IMG/VR virus record: IMGVR_UViG_3300016466_000019
Coordinates: 1-37,436 of that record
Length of the DNA stretch: 37,436 nt
Origin: a virus
Lineage: Duplodnaviria; Caudoviricetes
Direction: 5' to 3' (one strand)
Shown piece by piece: positions 33,678-37,436 of the stretch (its first letter is position 1; each line of letters begins with the position of its first letter). A program made the translations under genes and the position numbers. The notes under the pieces were generated by a model. It did no database searches, was not told the origin of the DNA, and saw only the letters and a program-made list of their open reading frames with translations.

Positions 33678-33925
33678 GCAAGTCGATCACAGTCTCAGTC
33701 AACCACGACATCGCCCGGATGACGGATGACATCGCAGCGCGTGTCTCCCACGATCTGGCGCAGGAGATCAACCGCAAGGCACTGGGTGAGGTGTGTGCGT
33801 ATCTGTTCGGTGCCGCTGATATGGAACTGGTGCGCGATACCTTTGAGGTTCTTCTGCGTGACCCAGCAATTCAAGAACGAGTGGTGTCCCTTCGGGCAGC
33901 ACGAAGAATAGGAGTGAAAGCATGA
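33674..33925 (+). CDS. Hypothetical protein
   Basis: ATGA overlaps on both sides, MSKSITVSV... Confidence 0.65.
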   Translation: MSKSITVSVNHDIARMTDDIAARVSHDLAQEINRKALGEVCAYLFGAADMELVRDTFEVLLRDPAIQERVVSLRAARRIGVKA

Positions 33926-34284
33926 AGACCAAGATATTTACAGACGAAGACTTCGCCAAGTTCGAGGTGAAGGTCAGAGAGTTGATCCACCTGTTCGGGA
34001 TGTACGAGTGGCACCTGATGATCACGCATGAACAGATTGGTGATCGAGTGTGCGCCCAGACCCAGTACAACATCGTTGCCAAGACCGCCAGTATTCGGCT
34101 AACCAAGCAAGTCGAGGGTGACTTCGGACTGCTGTGGGAACCTGAGCGACTGGCGATGCACGAGGTGCTGCATCTTGTGCTGTGCGAGTACTGCGAGACG
34201 ACTGCCAAGATGGGTAGCAGCACCCACGATCTGGTCGTGGCGCAGGAGCACGGCGTTCTTAACCGACTGATGAGGGCGCTGTGA
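33922..34284 (+). CDS. Small HExxH (minimal zincin-like) protein
   Basis: AMHEVLHLVL plus a downstream E (QEH). AGGAG RBS. Confidence 0.65.
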   Translation: MKTKIFTDEDFAKFEVKVRELIHLFGMYEWHLMITHEQIGDRVCAQTQYNIVAKTASIRLTKQVEGDFGLLWEPERLAMHEVLHLVLCEYCETTAKMGSSTHDLVVAQEHGVLNRLMRAL

Positions 34285-36161
34285 TGGACATCGTAACCAT
34301 TGACTTCGAGACGTACTACGACAAGGATTTCTCCCTGTCGAAGATGACCACTGAGTCCTACATCCGTGATCCGAGGTTCGAGGTCATCGGTGTGGGGATC
34401 AAGGTCAACGACTACCCCACCGACTGGTACAGCGGCGACAACCCCGGCAAGTTCCTCAAGTCACTGGACTACAGCAACAAGGCGATCCTGTGCCACAACA
34501 CAGCGTTCGATGGTGCCATCCTGTCGTGGCACTTCGGCGTCAAACCCAAGCTGTGGCTGGACACCCTGAGCATGGCGCGGCCATTCCACAACATCACTGT
34601 GGGCGGCAGTCTCGCTGCGCTGGCGACCTACTACGGCATCGGCAAGAAGGGCGACGAGGTAGTGGCTGCACTGGGCAAACGCAAGGCTGACTTCACCGAG
34701 GCTGACCTTGCCCAGTACGGACAGTACTGCATCAACGATGTGGACATGACGAAGAAGCTGTTCGACAAACTCAAGGTGGGCTTCCCATCTGGCGAGTTGT
34801 TGGTGATCGACCAGACGCTGCGCATGTACACCGAACCCGTGATCGAATTGGACGTGCCGCTGCTGGAGAAGCACTTAGAAGAAGTGCGCACCCGCAAGCG
34901 TGGCTTGATCAGCGACCTCGGTCTGAGCGGCGTGAGCGACGAGGCGCTCACCAAGATGTTGATGAGTAATGACATCTTCGCCAAGTACCTCAAGAACCTC
35001 GGGGTCGAGCCACCCAAGAAGATGAGTGCGCGAACGGGCAAGGAGACATGGGCCTTCGCCAAGACCGATAAGGGCATGACCGACTTGCTGGAACATCCTG
35101 ATGAGCGTGTGCAGAACGTAGTGGCCGCTCGACTCGGGGTCAAGTCCACCATCGAGGAGACTCGCACCGAGGCACTGATTGGCGTGGCGGGACGGGGGCG
35201 ACTGCCCATCATGCTGAATTACTATGGAGCGCACACCGGGCGCTTCAGCGGAGGCGACAAGCTGAACCTGCAAAACCTGCCGAGCCGGGGCAACACAACG
35301 ATCAGGCGGGCGCTGAAGGCACCCAAAGGACAAGTTCTTGTGGCGTGTGATTCGTCGCAGATCGAAGCTCGCATGGTGGCGTACATCGCAGGGCAGTTCG
35401 ATCTTGTCGATGCGTTCCGTGAGAAGCGGGATGTGTATTCGGAGTTCGCCACTGAGGTCTATGGTCGGCTGATCACGAAGTCCGACAAGGTGGAGCGGTT
35501 CGTTGGCAAGACCTGCATCCTCGGCCTTGGCTACGGCATGGGCGCAGAGAAGCTGCGGCGCACACTGGAACTAGGACAGGGTGGCATCAACGTCAAGATC
35601 GACCTGAACGAAGCCGAACGGATCGTCCGTCTGTACCGGGCAAAGAACTTCAGGATCGTGCAGTTCTGGCAGCGATGCGGACAGGCGCTGACCACCATGA
35701 CACAGGGCGGCAACGGCACCCTGCATGATGTCGTCACGTTCGACAACACCGGGATCACACTGCCCAACAAGTTGAAGATTCAGTACCCGGCACTGAGGTC
35801 GACGGGCAGTGGCTTCGAGTACATCGGGGATGCGCGTTCCTACCGCAAGGCTGTGCGTGATCGTGTGCTGACTGGCACCACCGAGGAGATCACATGGACA
35901 CGCATTTACGGTGGGAAGGTGACAGAGAACCTGATCCAAGCCCTCGCAGCCATCGTCATCCGTGAGCAGATGGCGAAGATCGGGCAGCACTACCACGTTG
36001 CCTTCCAAGTCCACGACGAGATCATCATCGCTGCACCCAGCGACGAGGCCGAGTCAGCCATGCAGCAACTTGTTGCCGTGATGTCAACGCCACCGAAGTG
36101 GGCACCCGGTCTGCCCGTGGCCTGTGAGGCTGGCTACTCTGAAAACTATGGAGATACCTGA
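34281..36161 (+). CDS. polA: Family A DNA polymerase with 3'-5' exonuclease
   Basis: Exo DFET, HNTAFD, YCINDV. TGRFS, motif A DSSQIEAR, motif B RFVGKTCILGLGYG, motif C VHDE. Confidence 0.95.
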   Translation: MMDIVTIDFETYYDKDFSLSKMTTESYIRDPRFEVIGVGIKVNDYPTDWYSGDNPGKFLKSLDYSNKAILCHNTAFDGAILSWHFGVKPKLWLDTLSMARPFHNITVGGSLAALATYYGIGKKGDEVVAALGKRKADFTEADLAQYGQYCINDVDMTKKLFDKLKVGFPSGELLVIDQTLRMYTEPVIELDVPLLEKHLEEVRTRKRGLISDLGLSGVSDEALTKMLMSNDIFAKYLKNLGVEPPKKMSARTGKETWAFAKTDKGMTDLLEHPDERVQNVVAARLGVKSTIEETRTEALIGVAGRGRLPIMLNYYGAHTGRFSGGDKLNLQNLPSRGNTTIRRALKAPKGQVLVACDSSQIEARMVAYIAGQFDLVDAFREKRDVYSEFATEVYGRLITKSDKVERFVGKTCILGLGYGMGAEKLRRTLELGQGGINVKIDLNEAERIVRLYRAKNFRIVQFWQRCGQALTTMTQGGNGTLHDVVTFDNTGITLPNKLKIQYPALRSTGSGFEYIGDARSYRKAVRDRVLTGTTEEITWTRIYGGKVTENLIQALAAIVIREQMAKIGQHYHVAFQVHDEIIIAAPSDEAESAMQQLVAVMSTPPKWAPGLPVACEAGYSENYGDT

Positions 36162-36391
36162 TGAACAACGTCAAAGAGATCAAGCGCGAACCGCGCAATC
36201 AAGATGCCATCCAACTTCTGGAGGGCGTCCTCACCCAAGTCAGGGAAAACCCTGATGCCACCGAGGTGCTGGTGTTCGTCAAGATCAACGGCGACTACCA
36301 CCGGATGTCGTCTGGCCTGACAGACATGATGCAGCTTGTTGCTGTGCTTGAACTTGCCAAGCACGACGTATTGCGGCGCATGGGCGAGTGA
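36161..36391 (+). CDS. Hypothetical protein
   Basis: 76 aa, TGATG coupling. Confidence 0.7.
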   Translation: MNNVKEIKREPRNQDAIQLLEGVLTQVRENPDATEVLVFVKINGDYHRMSSGLTDMMQLVAVLELAKHDVLRRMGE

Positions 36392-36450
36392 TGTACATTG
36401 GGGGTTCCAACGAACTGACACCGCAGGGCGACCCCTTGCGGCCCACTGCC

Positions 36451-37107
36451 ATGCGCCTATCCCATTCCTACTCGTCCATCAAACTTTACGAGAACTGTCC
36501 GCTGCGGTATTTCCGTCAGCGCATCACGAAGGATGTGGTCGATGAGGGTGGGGAGGCGTCCAAGTACGGTGAACGTATCCATGCGTTCCTTGAAAACCGA
36601 CTGAAGGGATCGGGATTGAACGCAGAGGTGGCCCAGTACGAACCACTGTGCCAGTCCGTGGAGAAGATCGCCCGAGGTGGGGAACTGCACATCGAGAAGG
36701 AGTTGGTTCTCAACGACAACCTTATACCAACAGGTTGGTGGGATGCTGACGCATGGCTACGCAGCAAACTTGACGTACTCGTGATCACTGGGAACGATGC
36801 CGTGGTGATGGACTGGAAGACGGGCAAGCGCAACGCCGACCAGTTCCAGATGCAACTGTTCGCGGCTCAGGTGTTCAAGCACTTCCCCGAGGTGCAGCGC
36901 GTCAAGACTTCCCTCGTGTGGCTCAAGACGATGGAGATGGACACCGAGCAGTACAACCGCATCGACATCAACGTGGTGTGGGCCGAAGTCATGCGGCGCA
37001 TCCAGCGTATCCACGACTCGTTGGAACATGACAACTGGCCTGCCCGTCCCTCCGGGCTGTGCCGCTACTGCCCTTGCCGACACGACTGTGACTATGCTAG
37101 GGTTTGA
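36451..37107 (+). CDS. PD-(D/E)XK Cas4-like exonuclease with four Cys (probable Fe-S cluster)
   Basis: SYSSI...CP, G..IH, LD, DWKTGK, QMQLF, CRYCP....C. Start probably 36451 (ORF open from 36388). Confidence 0.85.
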   Translation: MRLSHSYSSIKLYENCPLRYFRQRITKDVVDEGGEASKYGERIHAFLENRLKGSGLNAEVAQYEPLCQSVEKIARGGELHIEKELVLNDNLIPTGWWDADAWLRSKLDVLVITGNDAVVMDWKTGKRNADQFQMQLFAAQVFKHFPEVQRVKTSLVWLKTMEMDTEQYNRIDINVVWAEVMRRIQRIHDSLEHDNWPARPSGLCRYCPCRHDCDYARV

Positions 37108-37113
37108 ACCTAC

Positions 37114-37141
37114 TTGACATCGCTGTAAAGGAGCGTAAGAT
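37114..37141 (+). promoter_or_regulatory. Possible sigma70 promoter TTGACA-N16-TAAGAT
   Basis: Intergenic -35, but the -10 overlaps the next ATG, so it could not transcribe that gene intact. Confidence 0.3.
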
Positions 37142-37436
37142 GAGCGCACTGACACCAGAAGGCAAAGTGAAGCGGATGGTGACGGAGATGCTGAAGAAGT
37201 ACAGGCTCTGGTACTTCTTCCCCGCAGCAAACGGCATGGGCCGAGCGGGTATCCCCGACATCATCAGCATCGTGGACGGTGGCTTTGTCGGGATCGAGGT
37301 CAAGGCTGACAAAACCAAGAAGCCCACGGAGTTGCAGGTTCGCTGCGGCAAGGACATTCAAGCGGCTGGTGGGCGCTGGTTCCTCGTGTTCGATGAGGAT
37401 TCATGCGCTGAGTTGGAACGATACATACAAGACAAG
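37140..37436 (+). CDS. VRR-NUC domain nuclease (truncated by window edge)
   Basis: MSALTPEGKVK...GRAGIPDII...FVGIEVKA....PTELQ...AAGG. AAAGGAG RBS. Not in the ORF track. Confidence 0.85.
   Translation, partial: MSALTPEGKVKRMVTEMLKKYRLWYFFPAANGMGRAGIPDIISIVDGGFVGIEVKADKTKKPTELQVRCGKDIQAAGGRWFLVFDEDSCAELERYIQDK

Noticed and set aside
36451-37107. Cas4-like gene as evidence of CRISPR-Cas
   Set aside because: Stand-alone phage replication/recombination exonuclease next to polA and VRR-NUC. No cas1/cas2 and no array.
1-37436. tRNA/rRNA genes, integrase, alternative genetic code
   Set aside because: No cloverleaf or rRNA-like segment was seen in the few intergenic gaps, no recombinase motifs were found, and genes are intact under the standard code with all three stop codons used.

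Overview
This window is a ~37-kb fragment of a GC-rich tailed dsDNA phage with podovirus-type organisation (no tape-measure or sheath gene is seen). A proteobacterial host is inferred from sigma70-type promoters, IHF sites and a DnaA box. It has two divergent arms. The minus strand (24229->1) carries terS, terL, portal, scaffold, major capsid, two decoration-like proteins, a fibre, a cluster of small basic proteins, tail adaptors, a tailspike, a small-adaptor/fibre cassette, lysis genes, a nozzle-like tail protein and ejection-protein-like genes. The plus strand (24581->37436) carries early genes, a MoxR-type AAA / DUF3150-like / VWA-metallopeptidase triad, Nmad5-like and DUF3310-like genes, a Leu762 family-A DNA polymerase, a Cas4-like exonuclease and a VRR-NUC nuclease. 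Four observations stand out: (1) an oriC-like AT-rich element (perfect DnaA box, two perfect IHF sites, nine GATCTA/TAGATC repeats) flanked by two paralogous early cassettes that share a non-canonical promoter; (2) short peptide 'plug' motifs and small N-terminal 'socket' domains spread across the virion genes, suggesting a modular fibre-assembly code; (3) a candidate anti-Shine-Dalgarno sRNA in the terL 3' UTR; (4) several small Lys/Met-rich genes, some missed by the ORF track. Family names come from motif recognition by eye, not from database searches.
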